A model generated the notes under the pieces. It saw nothing but the letters and a program-made list of their open reading frames with translations, had not been told where the DNA came from and ran no database searches. Both the position numbers and the translations under genes were made by a program. Source: an uncultured bacterium (GTDB lineage Bacteria; Desulfobacterota_D; UBA1144; Nemesobacterales; UBA2774). Taken from it: 64,000 bases of DNA. This document shows positions 18,265 to 29,042 of the stretch, one piece after another. Within the stretch, counting starts at the first letter, position 1, and the number at the start of each line of letters is the position of its first letter. The stretch spans positions 160,001-224,000 of the forward strand of contig CAVPJU010000001.1 of NCBI GenBank assembly GCA_963705505.1, given 5' to 3'.

Positions 18265-20778
18265 GTGCAGAGGGATCTCCTTACAGTCCACGTAAAAAAC
18301 AGCATCAGGATCAGCATAGAAGAGGCCTCGGGAAACGAGGTCTTTTTCGTAGGCTCCTTTACGGAGGGGAGCGTCATCGATGACGTGCGGGTCGTCTCGC
18401 GCGGGAACGGATATTCCGTCCCGGCGGTGATCGATTCCGCATTGCCGGGGGAAGTCGTCATTCACAACCACCCTTCGGGGAACCTCACCCCTTCCGATCA
18501 GGATATACAGATCGCTTCCGTATTCGGCAATCAGGGAATCGGCTTTTACATAGTGGACAATAGCGCCTCCCGCGTATACGTGGTCGTCGAGCCGTTCTCT
18601 GAGAAAGAATTAGAGCCCCTCGACATGGAGAAAACGAAGGAATTCCTTCTCCCTGACGGCGGCGTTTCGGAATTGATGGGTGATAAATACGAGCTCCGGG
18701 ACGAACAGCTTCAAATGCTCGAAGCCGTCGCCGGGGCATTTAATGACAACCTGATTTCGCTCATAGAAGCCGGGACGGGTACGGGTAAGACGCTTTCTTA
18801 TCTGATACCGGCCGCCGCGTGGTCCATTCAGAACGGCGAGAGGGTCGTCATTTCGACTAATACGATCAATCTCCAGGAGCAGCTCATAGACAAAGATATA
18901 CCGCTCGTGCATAAGGCATTTAACGGGGAATTCAATTATTCCCTCGTCAAGGGTATGGGCAATTACCTCTGCCTGCTGCGCACTGAGACCGTACAGGACG
19001 GCCTCTTCGAGATCGCCGACGAGGACGAAGTGGGCACGATCTCGAATATTCTCGAATGGGCCAAGGTCACGGTGGACGGGTCATTATCCGACCTCAGCTT
19101 CAGTCCGCCCGACGACGTGTGGGACAAGGTCTCGGCAGAGAGCGACAGCTGCCTCAGGGCGAGGTGCCCTTATTACTCACGCTGTTTTTTTTATAAGTCC
19201 CGGAGGGAGATCGCTTCCTCGCAGCTGCTCGTCGTAAACCATCACCTACTATTTTCCGACCTCTCCATAAAGGGGGCGTCGGAAAAGAGCGACGCGGGCA
19301 TTCTTCCCCCGTTCAAAAGAATAATTTTCGATGAGGCGCACCATATAGTGGACGCCGCCACGTCCCACTTCGGAATGAGGGCTACGAAGTTCGGGATTAT
19401 CAGGATACTCCGGCGTATGAAAAGGAGGGGAAAAGGTGGAGAATCGAAGGGGCTCATCTATTATGCCGCGTCCCTCGCGACCAAGCTCGTGAGGATCGTC
19501 AGGAAAGGGATAGTCAACGATGTGCTCAGGAGAGTGGAGCAGAACCTTTCTCCCAGGATCGACGCCGCGGAAGAATATGCCGCCGACGCGTTCGATGCCT
19601 TATATTACTTTTCGCTCTCCCTGATGCAGGAAAAGGAGCCCGAAAGCCAGGAGGTGAGCCTCAGGATAACGGAGGGAGCATTTGCATACGAAGGGTGGGA
19701 GCAGATAGACAAGAAGTTCTCGATACTGAGGATAAGGCTTAAAGAGCTGCATGAGGAGATTAAGTCATTCACTGATTTCTTGCTCGATTACGAGACGGAG
19801 AGCGATTTCGCAAAGCTCATAGTCGAGTTCAGGGGGGTGGCCAATAAGCTCGATTATTATTCGGACGTGATCGCGACGTTCCTGAGCCGGGAAGACGATG
19901 GTTTCGTGAGGTGGGTGGAAGGGAGGATGGGCAGGGGTGCCGTCGTGTCGGGGCTCGGGCTTTCCCCGCTCGATATCTCCCAGCCGCTCAGAGAGAGGCT
20001 CTATTCGAGGTGCGACACGGTCGTAATGACTTCAGCGACGATGGCCGTAAGGAGGAGCTTCGAATTTATCAAGTCGGGGCTCGGTCTCATGGATGATGTC
20101 AGGGTAACCGAGCTGATACTCCCCTCGCCGTTTAATTACGAGGAACAGCTTCTCCTTGCCATACCGACGGATATGCCCGAGCCGGGTACGAGGGAGTACT
20201 CGGCGAATATCGCTCCTCTCATACTGGAGGCTGTAAGGGTGTCTCAGGGGAATGCCCTTATTCTATTCACCTCGTACTCGCTCCTCGAAAACGTGTACAG
20301 GAAAGTTTACGAAGAGCTCGAATCGTCAGGCATCCTCACGCTCAAGCAGGGCGCTCTCCCGAGGGGGAGGCTCCTCGATAAATTCAGGGTCGAGGACGGG
20401 TCTGTCCTTTTTGCCACAGATAGCTTCTGGGAGGGCGTGGACGTGCCAGGCAACGCGCTCAGGCTAGTCGTGATTTCGAGGCTCCCGTTCAGGGTACCCA
20501 CGGAGCCGATTATAGAAGCCCGCGTCGAGCATATGGAGAGCATGGGCCTGAATTCGTTCACCGAATACAGCGTCCCCGTTGCGGTGCTTAAATTCAAGCA
20601 GGGGTTCGGGAGGCTCATCAGGACCCGCAGCGACAAGGGGGTCGTGCTCGTGCTGGATAAGAGGATAATCAGCAAATTCTACGGGAGATACTTCCTCGAT
20701 TCCCTTCCCGAGTGCGGTCAGCTAATAGATAGTTCTCAAGAGGTGATATCCGGGCTTGAAAAGTTTTTTGCGGGATAG
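18265..20778 (+). CDS. DinG/YoaA-family Fe-S helicase with N-terminal JAB/RadC-like domain
   Basis: N-terminal NEVFF...HNHPSGNLTPSDQD; EAGTGTGKT, DEAHH, Fe-S cysteines (NYLC, CLRARCPYYSRC), FWEGVD and QGFGRLIR. Confidence 0.92.
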   Translation: MQRDLLTVHVKNSIRISIEEASGNEVFFVGSFTEGSVIDDVRVVSRGNGYSVPAVIDSALPGEVVIHNHPSGNLTPSDQDIQIASVFGNQGIGFYIVDNSASRVYVVVEPFSEKELEPLDMEKTKEFLLPDGGVSELMGDKYELRDEQLQMLEAVAGAFNDNLISLIEAGTGTGKTLSYLIPAAAWSIQNGERVVISTNTINLQEQLIDKDIPLVHKAFNGEFNYSLVKGMGNYLCLLRTETVQDGLFEIADEDEVGTISNILEWAKVTVDGSLSDLSFSPPDDVWDKVSAESDSCLRARCPYYSRCFFYKSRREIASSQLLVVNHHLLFSDLSIKGASEKSDAGILPPFKRIIFDEAHHIVDAATSHFGMRATKFGIIRILRRMKRRGKGGESKGLIYYAASLATKLVRIVRKGIVNDVLRRVEQNLSPRIDAAEEYAADAFDALYYFSLSLMQEKEPESQEVSLRITEGAFAYEGWEQIDKKFSILRIRLKELHEEIKSFTDFLLDYETESDFAKLIVEFRGVANKLDYYSDVIATFLSREDDGFVRWVEGRMGRGAVVSGLGLSPLDISQPLRERLYSRCDTVVMTSATMAVRRSFEFIKSGLGLMDDVRVTELILPSPFNYEEQLLLAIPTDMPEPGTREYSANIAPLILEAVRVSQGNALILFTSYSLLENVYRKVYEELESSGILTLKQGALPRGRLLDKFRVEDGSVLFATDSFWEGVDVPGNALRLVVISRLPFRVPTEPIIEARVEHMESMGLNSFTEYSVPVAVLKFKQGFGRLIRTRSDKGVVLVLDKRIISKFYGRYFLDSLPECGQLIDSSQEVISGLEKFFAG

Positions 20779-20843
20779 ATAACGAAAGTTACCTCTTTTC
20801 ATCAAGTCCGTTGAGATTAGACCGTGAGCTTACTGCGTTTTGA

Positions 20844-20987
20844 TTATATCTGAGTCGAGGTTTTCCCTTCGGGGACGTCTACCGAACCCGAGCACTTCAT
20901 AACCCCAGGCACGACAAAGACGACAGCGAGACTTATGAATATAAGGGAAATTCTAAGGGTTTTCTTTATTCTTTTTGACAATTTCAT
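20844..20987 (-). CDS. 47-aa putative secreted/lipo-peptide (not in ORF track)
   Basis: GGAGGAGG RBS 9 nt before ATG; MKLSKRIKKTLRISLIFISLAVVFVVPGVMKCSGSVDVPEGKTSTQI*. Confidence 0.6.
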   Translation of the reverse strand: MKLSKRIKKTLRISLIFISLAVVFVVPGVMKCSGSVDVPEGKTSTQI

Positions 20988-21027
20988 TTTCACAATCCTC
21001 CTCCGAATTGACGTTTAACACATTGCT

Positions 21028-21195
21028 TTACTTCCTATCGACCACCGAACTGCTTGCGCTGACGCCGCTGGCATTACCGGCTTTGGTTCCCACCTCTCCC
21101 TGACACTGACATCCGTAAACGAACAACAATGCCAGAAGACATATTAACGGAAGGATCGACTTCCGATTCTTTTTGAGCGTTTTTACGATTTTCAT
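21028..21195 (-). CDS. 55-aa putative small lipoprotein (not in ORF track)
   Basis: MKIVKTLKKNRKSILPLICLLALLFVYGCQCQGEVGTKAGNASGVSASSSVVDRK*; lipobox-like VYG-C; purine-rich RBS. Confidence 0.6.
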   Translation of the reverse strand: MKIVKTLKKNRKSILPLICLLALLFVYGCQCQGEVGTKAGNASGVSASSSVVDRK

Positions 21196-21331
21196 TTGTC
21201 CATCCCTACCTTGTTATAATTAATCTGTTTGTAAATAATACTCATTAATGCAGATTCTAATATTATCACAGCAACACTATGAGTGCAATCAATAAATTAA
21301 CCGCATACGATCCGGGAAAATTACCGGATAT

Positions 21332-22106
21332 TTATGCGTTAAGAGCCTTTACAATCTTTCTCACGAGGAACCGGGGAGTGAATCTCAATAGAAAAGGTAT
21401 GATTTTCTGTTTAAATCCGGGGAGCACGATGACCTTCCCCTTCCTGAACCCCTCGTAGCCGGCTTTCACGACAGGGCTCTGCGTCCATGAGGCTGAGCTT
21501 GAATAAAAGCGAGTCGTCGAGCTCCGATTTCGATCCGAACTCCGTTCTCACGGGGCCCGGAGCGAGGCACGTGATTTTTATGTCCGGGTTGTTAATTTCT
21601 TCCGAAAGCGCCTCCGTAAACGATAGGACGTACGCTTTTGTGGCGTAATAGACGGCGAGGTTGGGTCCGGGCTGGAACCCCGCGAGGGAGCCGACGTTGA
21701 GTATCCCGCCGCGTCCCCTTTCGATGATGCCCGGCAGAAAAAGTCTCGTTAAATGGGTGAGCGCAACTACGTTCACCTGAATCATGTCGATCTGCGTGTC
21801 CGCGTCGATCTCGGCTACGGCACCGCGCGTGCCGAAGCCCGCGTTATTTACCACCACGTCGATTTGTATATTTTCTTTCTGAAGCGTATCGAATATTTCT
21901 TTCGGGGCATTCTTTTCCGACAGGTCCTTGGGCAGAATGAAGACATCCACGCCGAATTCGGATTTAAGCTCGTCCGCCAGCGCTCTGAGCCTGTCTTCCC
22001 TCCGGGCGACAAGCACGAGGTTAGAATCGTCTGCAGCAAAGAGCCTCGCAAGCTCAAGGCCGATCCCCGAAGACGCCCCTGTTATAAGCACTGTCTCGTC
22101 TGCCAT
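21332..22106 (-). CDS. SDR-family oxidoreductase (DltE-like), apparent +1 frameshift at ~21475
   Basis: TGASSGIG, NNAG and YYATK motifs; removing one base of GGG at 21474-21476 restores a typical C-terminus PVVKAGYEGFRKGKVIVLPG...KALNA*. Confidence 0.88.
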
Positions 22107-22246
22107 TTTCACACCCCTTTTATTTAGTAGCGTATTATTGTTTTACACTTGCTCATTTGCCGTGTCAATCTGCAATTGGTCGGTGTGAACGGATATTTCC
22201 TGCGGTCGACGGGATGTCGATTCATGCCTGCTTAAACTCCCGGCGA

Positions 22247-22933
22247 TTATTTAATCTTCTTCAAGTAACCGATCCCCAGATTATCCATCTGCCCCATTAT
22301 CCAGCCTTGCCTCTCACGTACGTAGCTCGAGGGTTTTGCAGGGGACATCTGTCTCGGATTGGGCAGTACGGCGGCTATGAGAGCGGATTCCTCTTTATTG
22401 AGGTTCTTGGCGGATTTCCCGAAATAAATCTCCCCCGCCTTCCCCACTCCGTATATCCCCTTGCCGGTCTCGATAACGTTTAAATACACCTCCAGTATCC
22501 TCTTCTTACTCCAGGTCTTTTCGATAAGGAATGTGAAATATGCCTCCGCCCCCTTTCTCATCCAGGTCCTCGAGGGCCAGAGGAACAGGTTCTTCGCAGT
22601 CTGCTGGCTTATCGTGCTCGCTCCCCTGAGCCTGTTCCCGCTTATCTTTTCGTCTATCGCGTCTTTTATCGACTCTACGTCGAACCCGTCGTGTACGGGG
22701 AACTTCTGGTCTTCTGCGGCGATTACGGCAAGCTTCATGTAATTCGAGATGTCCTTATAATCGCTCCACTCCTTTTTTATGGTTTTCGCTTCCCCGAAAT
22801 ATCCGATAACCATGAGGGGTGTCAGAGGCGGATTTACATACCTGTAGAGCAGCACCCAGCCGACCGTTACGATAAATATGAATAAGACTGTCTTCAGAAA
22901 GAATTTAAATATGCCGCGGAATAATTTTTTCAT
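22247..22933 (-). CDS. mtgA: Monofunctional biosynthetic peptidoglycan transglycosylase
   Basis: AAEDQKF, RGASTISQQTAKNLFL, RKGAE and KKRILEVYLN motifs; N-terminal TM. Confidence 0.95.
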   Translation of the reverse strand: MKKLFRGIFKFFLKTVLFIFIVTVGWVLLYRYVNPPLTPLMVIGYFGEAKTIKKEWSDYKDISNYMKLAVIAAEDQKFPVHDGFDVESIKDAIDEKISGNRLRGASTISQQTAKNLFLWPSRTWMRKGAEAYFTFLIEKTWSKKRILEVYLNVIETGKGIYGVGKAGEIYFGKSAKNLNKEESALIAAVLPNPRQMSPAKPSSYVRERQGWIMGQMDNLGIGYLKKIK

Positions 22934-23040
22934 TTCTGGGTAGAGAGCAGTACCCGAATGGTACTTACCCCGTTAATCCGTTTTTTTACGTAATATCGTT
23001 CACTTAACGTACCTAATGGTTAATTCACGCCGCAAATCGA

Positions 23041-23069
23041 TTGACTCTTAGCGTCCTCTCATATAACCT
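23041..23069 (+). promoter_or_regulatory. Candidate sigma70 promoter for gyrA
   Basis: TTGACT-17 nt-TAACCT; AGGAGG RBS downstream. Confidence 0.3.
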
Positions 23070-23110
23070 TAATAGCCAATATTTATAGATATTTAGGAGG
23101 CACGAATTAA

Positions 23111-25544
23111 ATGACAATGCCGTCTCAAATACTGCCTGTCAACATCGAAGACGAGATGAAGGAGTCTTATCTCAGTTATTCGATGAGTGTAATCATCGGG
23201 CGCGCTCTCCCGGACGTAAGGGATGGCCTAAAGCCCGTGCACAGGCGGATCCTCTACGGGATGGAGGAGGCCGGGAATCAGTGGAACAGGCCGTATAAGA
23301 AATCGGCGAGGATAGTCGGAGACGTGATGGGTAAATACCACCCCCACGGCGACGCCGCTATCTACGACGCGCTCGTCAGGATGGCGCAGGATTTCTCGAT
23401 GCGCTATACACTCGTCGACGGTCAGGGTAATTTCGGCTCGATCGACGGCGACCCGCCTGCGGCGATGAGGTACACGGAGGTCAGGCTCGACAGGATAGCG
23501 AGTGAGATGCTCGCCGATCTTGAAAAAGAGACCGTGGATTTCGTACCCAATTATGACGGCGGCGAGAAGGAGCCGCTCGTGCTCCCGGCGAAGATACCGA
23601 ACCTGCTCTTAAACGGCTCATCGGGTATCGCCGTCGGGATGTCGACCAACATCCCCCCTCATAACCTGAGCGAGCTTATAGACGCTATAATCGCGCAGGC
23701 CGGGAATTCCGATATTACGCTCGATGAGCTGATGAAACACCTTCCGGGGCCCGATTTCCCGACGGGCGGATTCATTACGGGCAGGAGCCCGATAAGGGAG
23801 GCTTACGAGACTGGCAGGGGAATTATAAAGATAAGGGCAAAGGCCAGAATTGAGAGGCAGAAGAAGGGGGATAAGGAAATCATAATCGTGAGCGAGATAC
23901 CTTACCAGGTCAACAAGGTAAAGCTCATAGAGCGCATAGCCGAGCTCGTTAAGGACGAAAAGATAAAAGGCATTTCCGATATCAGAGACGAGTCCGACAG
24001 AGAGGGGATAAGAATAGTCATAGACATAAAACGCGGCGACAACGCCGACGTCGTACTGAACCAGCTCTACAAGCACACGCAGATGGACACCTCCTTCGGG
24101 ATTATAATGCTCGCCCTCGTCAGGAATCAGCCGCGTGTCCTTTCGCTCAAGGAAACAATAAGCCACTTCATAGAGCACAGGAAAGAGGTCGTAACCAGGC
24201 GCACGCAGTATGAATTGGGGAAGGCCGAAGAGAGACTGCACATACTGGAAGGTCTCAAGATAGCGCTCGATCATCTGGACGAGGTCATCGCGCTCATTCG
24301 TAAGTCCTCAAGCCCTCCGGAAGCAAAAGACGGGTTGATGCTCAAGCTCGGACTCTCCGAGCAGCAGGCCCAGGCAATACTCGACATGAGGCTCCAGCGC
24401 CTGACCGCACTCGAGAGGGACAAGATAATCGAGGAAAGAAAGGAGCTCATTAACACGGTAAAGCGTTTGAAGGAGATACTCGAGCAGGAGCACCTCATAC
24501 TCGGCATAGTCACCGACGAGCTGAAAGAGATAAAAGAGAAGTACGGGGACGAGAGGAGGACGGAGATACTCGAGAGCTCGGAGGAAATATCCATAGAGGA
24601 CCTCATTGCCGATGAGGACATGGTCGTCACTACGACTCACGACGGTTATATAAAGACGACCCCGTTGAGCATCTACAGGAGTCAGAGGAGGGGCGGCAAG
24701 GGCAGGACCGGGATCACGACGAAAGAGCTCGACTTCGTTGAGACCCTCTTCATAGCGTCTAAGCACAACTACGTTTTATTTTTTACCAACCTCGGCAGGT
24801 GTTACTGGATAAAGGTCCACGAGATACCCGAAGCCGGTCCCACTGCAAGAGGGAAAGCGCTCGTCAACCTCCTGAGTCTCTCCGAAGGGGAAAAAGTCGC
24901 GGCGGTGCTCCCCGTGAGGGAATTCAAGGAAAGCCAGTATATCATCATGGCCACGAAAAACGGGATCGTGAAGAAAACGAAGCTGATGGCCTATTCCAAC
25001 CCCCGCGTGGGCGGGATCATAGCGCTTAATATCAGAGAGGACGACGAGCTTATTACAGGCCAGGCTTACGAGCGGCAGCGATGAGATACTCCTCACGTCT
25101 TATTTCGGCCAGGCCATAAGGTTCGAGGAAGACGATGTGAGGGATATGGGGAGGACGGCTACGGGCGTCATAGGCATCAGGCTCGACGAAGGCGATCAGG
25201 TCGTAAGCCTTGAAGTGATAGAGAACCCCGAGGCGCAGGTCCTTACCGTGACCGAAATGGGTTACGGGAAGAGGACGCTCGTCTCTGAATACAGGGTTAC
25301 GGGGCGCGGAGGGAAGGGTGTGATCACCATTAAGACCACCGGCAGGAACGGCAGGGTCGTGGGCGCATTTCAGGTTACGAACGATACACAGATCATGATA
25401 ATTACGACGCACGGCGGGAAGGTAATAAGGATGAACGCGTCCGAGATAAGCATATTCGGTCGAGGGACTCAGGGTGTGAGGCTTATCGGACTCGAGCCCG
25501 ATGAAAAAGTGGCCGCCGTGGCAAAAGTAGTGGAAAGGGATTAG
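23111..25544 (+). CDS. gyrA: DNA gyrase subunit A (apparent +1 frameshift at ~25058)
   Basis: [26 protein letters not shown] and GyrA-box QRRGGKG; deleting one base in ACAGGCC joins ORF 23111..25084 to 25137..25544 ([14 protein letters not shown]...[13 protein letters not shown]). Confidence 0.96.
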
Positions 25545-25590
25545 TGTTGAGGCAGGGTTTGTTTTTTCTGATTCTTGACGAAGCCCTCGG

Positions 25591-26082
25591 ATGATCCGCG
25601 AGATTGAGAATATATTCCTAGATTTCCCTGGGTACGGCTGCTTCGCCTGCGACCCCCGCAATAACCACGGACTCCGTCTGAAATTCTTTGCCGATGATGA
25701 GAAGGGCGATGTCTTCACACGGATTGCGCCCGAAAAGCACCTTCAGGGGTTTCCCGGGATACTGCACGGCGGCATACAGTGCGCGCTCGTCGATGAGGTC
25801 GCGTTCTGGACCATGTTCGATAAGATAAAAAAAATCGCTTTGACCGCAAAAATCGATATGGAGTTTCTGAGACCCGTCGGCATTTCATCCGAGCTGGAGG
25901 TGAGGGGAAGAATAGCGGAAGAGGACGGGCGCAGAGTCGCCGTCGATGTGGTTATTTATGAACAAAACAAGGTTTGCACCAGGAGCAGGGTAGATTATAT
26001 TATCCCCAAGAGGGATGTTACCTTGAGAGTAATGGGGAAAGAAAGGTTCACAGAAAAATTTAAAAAATATCTGGATGACTGA
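25591..26082 (+). CDS. PaaI-family hotdog thioesterase
   Basis: CFAC..N..GLRLKF and QGFPGILHGGIQCALVDE motifs. Confidence 0.88.
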   Translation: MIREIENIFLDFPGYGCFACDPRNNHGLRLKFFADDEKGDVFTRIAPEKHLQGFPGILHGGIQCALVDEVAFWTMFDKIKKIALTAKIDMEFLRPVGISSELEVRGRIAEEDGRRVAVDVVIYEQNKVCTRSRVDYIIPKRDVTLRVMGKERFTEKFKKYLDD

Positions 26083-26084
26083 TT

Positions 26085-26690
26085 ATGCTTAAACTTTATG
26101 ATCATCCGCTTTCCGGGAACTGCTATAAAGTGAGGCTGGCCTTAAGCCATCTCGGGGTCGAATACGAGAGGGAGTACCTCGATATTTTCAAGGGCGAACA
26201 GCATACGCGCGACTATCAGTCCGTAAACCCGAATAAGAAGATTCCGGTGCTTATAGACGGCGGCTTTCATATGTGGGAGTCGAATGCCATACTACTTTAC
26301 CTCGGCAAAAAATTCTCCCCGAACCGCCTTTATCCCGAGGACCTCGAGAGTTTCGGCGCCATGGCACAGTGGCTCTTTTTCGGGAAGACTTCCGTAGATC
26401 CGAACCTCGCGGTCGCCAGGTATTTTACGAAATTCGTGAGCGCTGCTGACAGGGACGAGAAGAGGCTCCACGAGCTCCGCACACAGGGGAGCTCCGTGCT
26501 TAAGATTCTCGATAACCATCTGGAGCATAGGGATTTTCTTGCCGGGACTTATTCCATGGCCGATATCGCGTGTTACCCGTATATAAACCTGGCTCCGGAA
26601 GGTGGAATCGACCTCTCACCCTACCCGAGCGTTATATTATGGTGCGACCGCGTAAGGTCTCAGCCGGGGTATATTTCCATGGAAGAATGA
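26085..26690 (+). CDS. Glutathione S-transferase family protein
   Basis: SGNCYKVRL, NPNKKIPVL, ESNAILLYL and SMADIA motifs. Confidence 0.93.
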   Translation: MLKLYDHPLSGNCYKVRLALSHLGVEYEREYLDIFKGEQHTRDYQSVNPNKKIPVLIDGGFHMWESNAILLYLGKKFSPNRLYPEDLESFGAMAQWLFFGKTSVDPNLAVARYFTKFVSAADRDEKRLHELRTQGSSVLKILDNHLEHRDFLAGTYSMADIACYPYINLAPEGGIDLSPYPSVILWCDRVRSQPGYISMEE

Positions 26691-26695
26691 ACGGG

Positions 26696-26772
26696 TGGAG
26701 CGGGAAACGGGATTCGAACCCGCGACCTTCTCCTTGGCAAGGAGACGCTCTAGCCAGCTGAGCTATTCCCGC
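26696..26772 (-). tRNA. tRNA-Gly (anticodon GCC), CCA encoded
   Basis: GCGGGAATAGCTCAGCTGGCTAGAGCGTCTCCTT-GCC-AAGGAGAAGGTCGCGGGTTCGAATCCCGTTTCCCGCTCCA. Confidence 0.97.
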
Positions 26773-26867
26773 TTTGTAGAAGAACTAAGATAGCTAGGAG
26801 CCGGCTCGTTGTCAAGAATTAAGCTTAATGCGGGCTCAATGAAAAAAATCAATTTTGTCGGGATCAC

Positions 26868-28010
26868 ATGAAAAAATCTGACAGAAAGTCGATTATCTCC
26901 AAGGTTAAAAGGGTAATCATAAAGATCGGGAGCAGCGTGCTTACGGATAAAAAGGGTAACTTGTCCGAGAGGGTCTTCGACTTTCTTGCGGGCGAGATTT
27001 TCAAGATCAAGTCCAGGAATATCGAGGTCATAGTCGTTTCTTCGGGCGCGATAGCGTCCGGGATGAGAAAGCTCCATCTTAGCAGGAAGCCGACCGAGAT
27101 ATCGATGAAGCAGGCGATTGCGGCTTGCGGTCAGAGCACCCTCATCTGGCATTACGAGAGGGCATTTTCGTCCTTCGGGCTTATCGTTGCGCAGATACTT
27201 ATCACACACGACGGGCTTGCAGACAGGAAGAGGTTCTTGAACGCCCGTAAGACCATTACTACACTTCTCGAAATGGGGATAATCCCCGTCATAAACGAGA
27301 ACGATACCGTGGCTGTGGAAGAAATAATGCTCGGCGACAACGACAACCTCGCAGCGCTCGTTACCTCGCTCGTCGAAGCGGACCTGCTCATTCTGCTAAC
27401 CGATACCGAGGGTCTGTATAACAAGGACCCCAGAAAGAACCATGACGCGGAATTCATATCGCTCATCGACCAGATAGGGGAGGAGATCGAGTCCGTCGCG
27501 GGCGATACTCTCGGAAGGACGACGACGGGCGGGATGAAAACGAAGATACAGGCTGCCCGTACCGCGGCTGCATTCGGGGTGCCGACTATAATCGCGAACG
27601 GGAAGGCCGAGGCGACGCTTTCCGACATATTCGAGGGCAGGGATGTCGGGACAATATTCCTCCCATCGAAGAAAAGCCTCCGCGGGAGGAAGCACTGGAT
27701 CGCGTTCACGCTTAAATCGGCGGGGGTGCTGGTTATAGACGGCGGAGCGGAGAAGGCCATCACTACCCGGGGCAAGAGCCTCCTCCCTTCGGGCATAAAG
27801 GGCGTGCGGGGAAAATTCGAGGTAGGGGACTCGGTGACCTGTGTGGACGAGAACGGTGTCGAGGTCGCAAGGGGGCTCACGTCATACAACTCGGAGGACA
27901 TTCTCCGGATAATGGGCAGGAGCACGAAGGAAGTGGAGGGCATCCTCGGGTACAAATACAGCGACGAGGTAATTCATCGGGACGACCTGGCCGTCATCGA
28001 AAAGCGTTAA
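26868..28010 (+). CDS. proB: Glutamate 5-kinase
   Basis: KIGSS, VSSGAI, PVINENDTV, GDNDNL and TGGMKTKI motifs; C-terminal PUA domain. Confidence 0.96.
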   Translation: MKKSDRKSIISKVKRVIIKIGSSVLTDKKGNLSERVFDFLAGEIFKIKSRNIEVIVVSSGAIASGMRKLHLSRKPTEISMKQAIAACGQSTLIWHYERAFSSFGLIVAQILITHDGLADRKRFLNARKTITTLLEMGIIPVINENDTVAVEEIMLGDNDNLAALVTSLVEADLLILLTDTEGLYNKDPRKNHDAEFISLIDQIGEEIESVAGDTLGRTTTGGMKTKIQAARTAAAFGVPTIIANGKAEATLSDIFEGRDVGTIFLPSKKSLRGRKHWIAFTLKSAGVLVIDGGAEKAITTRGKSLLPSGIKGVRGKFEVGDSVTCVDENGVEVARGLTSYNSEDILRIMGRSTKEVEGILGYKYSDEVIHRDDLAVIEKR

Positions 28011-28033
28011 TCTGAAGGGTTTGAAGTCTTAAA

Positions 28034-29035
28034 ATGGGTTCCGGGAAATTAAAGATTATCTCTCTTGCAGTCCTCATTGCTCTCATTCTCAGCGCATCGG
28101 CTTTGTTCGGCGTTTATTACTATATCAACAATATACCTTCGGTTTCCGAGGATAAGGTCCTTGATATACCGAAGGGTAAAGGCGTCAGAAGCATATCCAC
28201 GCTCCTAGAGGATGAGGGAGCAATCAAGAACCGCAGCCTTTTTGTAATATATGTGATAGGCAAGGGCTGGCAGAACAGGCTGAAAGCCGGAGAGTATGAG
28301 TTTAAAAAGGGCAATACCATGGCCGACATTGCGCTCAAGCTTTCCAGGGGAGACGTGGTCATACACAGGGTCACTGTTCCCGAGGGGCTTACCCTGAGGG
28401 AGATCGCGGAGCTGCTAGGCAAGAGCGGAGTGCTCGACGGCGGGGAGTTCATGGCTGCGGCCGGGAACCCGAAACTCCTGGAAGGCCTGCCCGGACGTCA
28501 TATCACGGGTGTCGAAGGTTATCTTTTCCCGGACACTTACAGCTACACCAAAGGGGTCACCCCCGAGGAATTTATTCAAATGATGGTGGAGAGGTTTAAT
28601 AAGGTTTACAGGTCTCTGGGCGGATTAAAAAACAGGGTGAACCTTACCGATAACGAGATACTAACTCTCGCCTCGATGATCGAGAAGGAAACCGGCACCG
28701 CTTCCGAGAGGCCGCTCATCTCCGCTGTCTTCCATAACCGTTTGAAGCTCGGAATGAGGCTTGAGAGCGATCCGACGGTTATCTACGGCATGGGGGAGGA
28801 CTTCGACGGGAACCTTACGAAAGAGGATTTGAGTACGATGACACAATACAACACATATCTCGTAGCCGGATTGCCTCCCGGTCCGATTTGCAATCCGGGG
28901 AAGGAATCGATAATCGCCGCATTGGACCCCGCCCCCGTTGACTATCTTTACTTCGTTTCGAGGGGCGACGGCACCCACTACTTTTCAACGAATTACAAAG
29001 ACCACCAGAGAGCCGTATCCGAGTATCAGAGGTGA
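28034..29035 (+). CDS. mltG: Endolytic transglycosylase MltG
   Basis: LKAGEY, EGYLFPDTY, LASMIEKE, LESDPTV, YNTY...GLPPGPICNPG motifs. Confidence 0.94.
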   Translation: MGSGKLKIISLAVLIALILSASALFGVYYYINNIPSVSEDKVLDIPKGKGVRSISTLLEDEGAIKNRSLFVIYVIGKGWQNRLKAGEYEFKKGNTMADIALKLSRGDVVIHRVTVPEGLTLREIAELLGKSGVLDGGEFMAAAGNPKLLEGLPGRHITGVEGYLFPDTYSYTKGVTPEEFIQMMVERFNKVYRSLGGLKNRVNLTDNEILTLASMIEKETGTASERPLISAVFHNRLKLGMRLESDPTVIYGMGEDFDGNLTKEDLSTMTQYNTYLVAGLPPGPICNPGKESIIAALDPAPVDYLYFVSRGDGTHYFSTNYKDHQRAVSEYQR

Positions 29036-29042
29036 AAAACGG

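Noticed and set aside
25137..25544. Naturally split gyrA or separate C-terminal domain gene
   Set aside because: Removing one base gives a seamless full-length GyrA; an error is more parsimonious
26570..26761. 63-aa ORF ending ...WSGKRDSNPRPSPWQGDALAS
   Set aside because: Antisense translation of tRNA-Gly
26690..26870. tRNA-anchored genomic island at tRNA-Gly or tRNA-Ser
   Set aside because: No integrase and no duplicated tRNA 3' end seen; flanks are housekeeping genes
27152..27955. Long antisense ORFs (e.g. 1295..1936, 27152..27955, 42074..43075, 55079..55984)
   Set aside because: Shadows of well-supported genes on the opposite strand with no recognisable motifs
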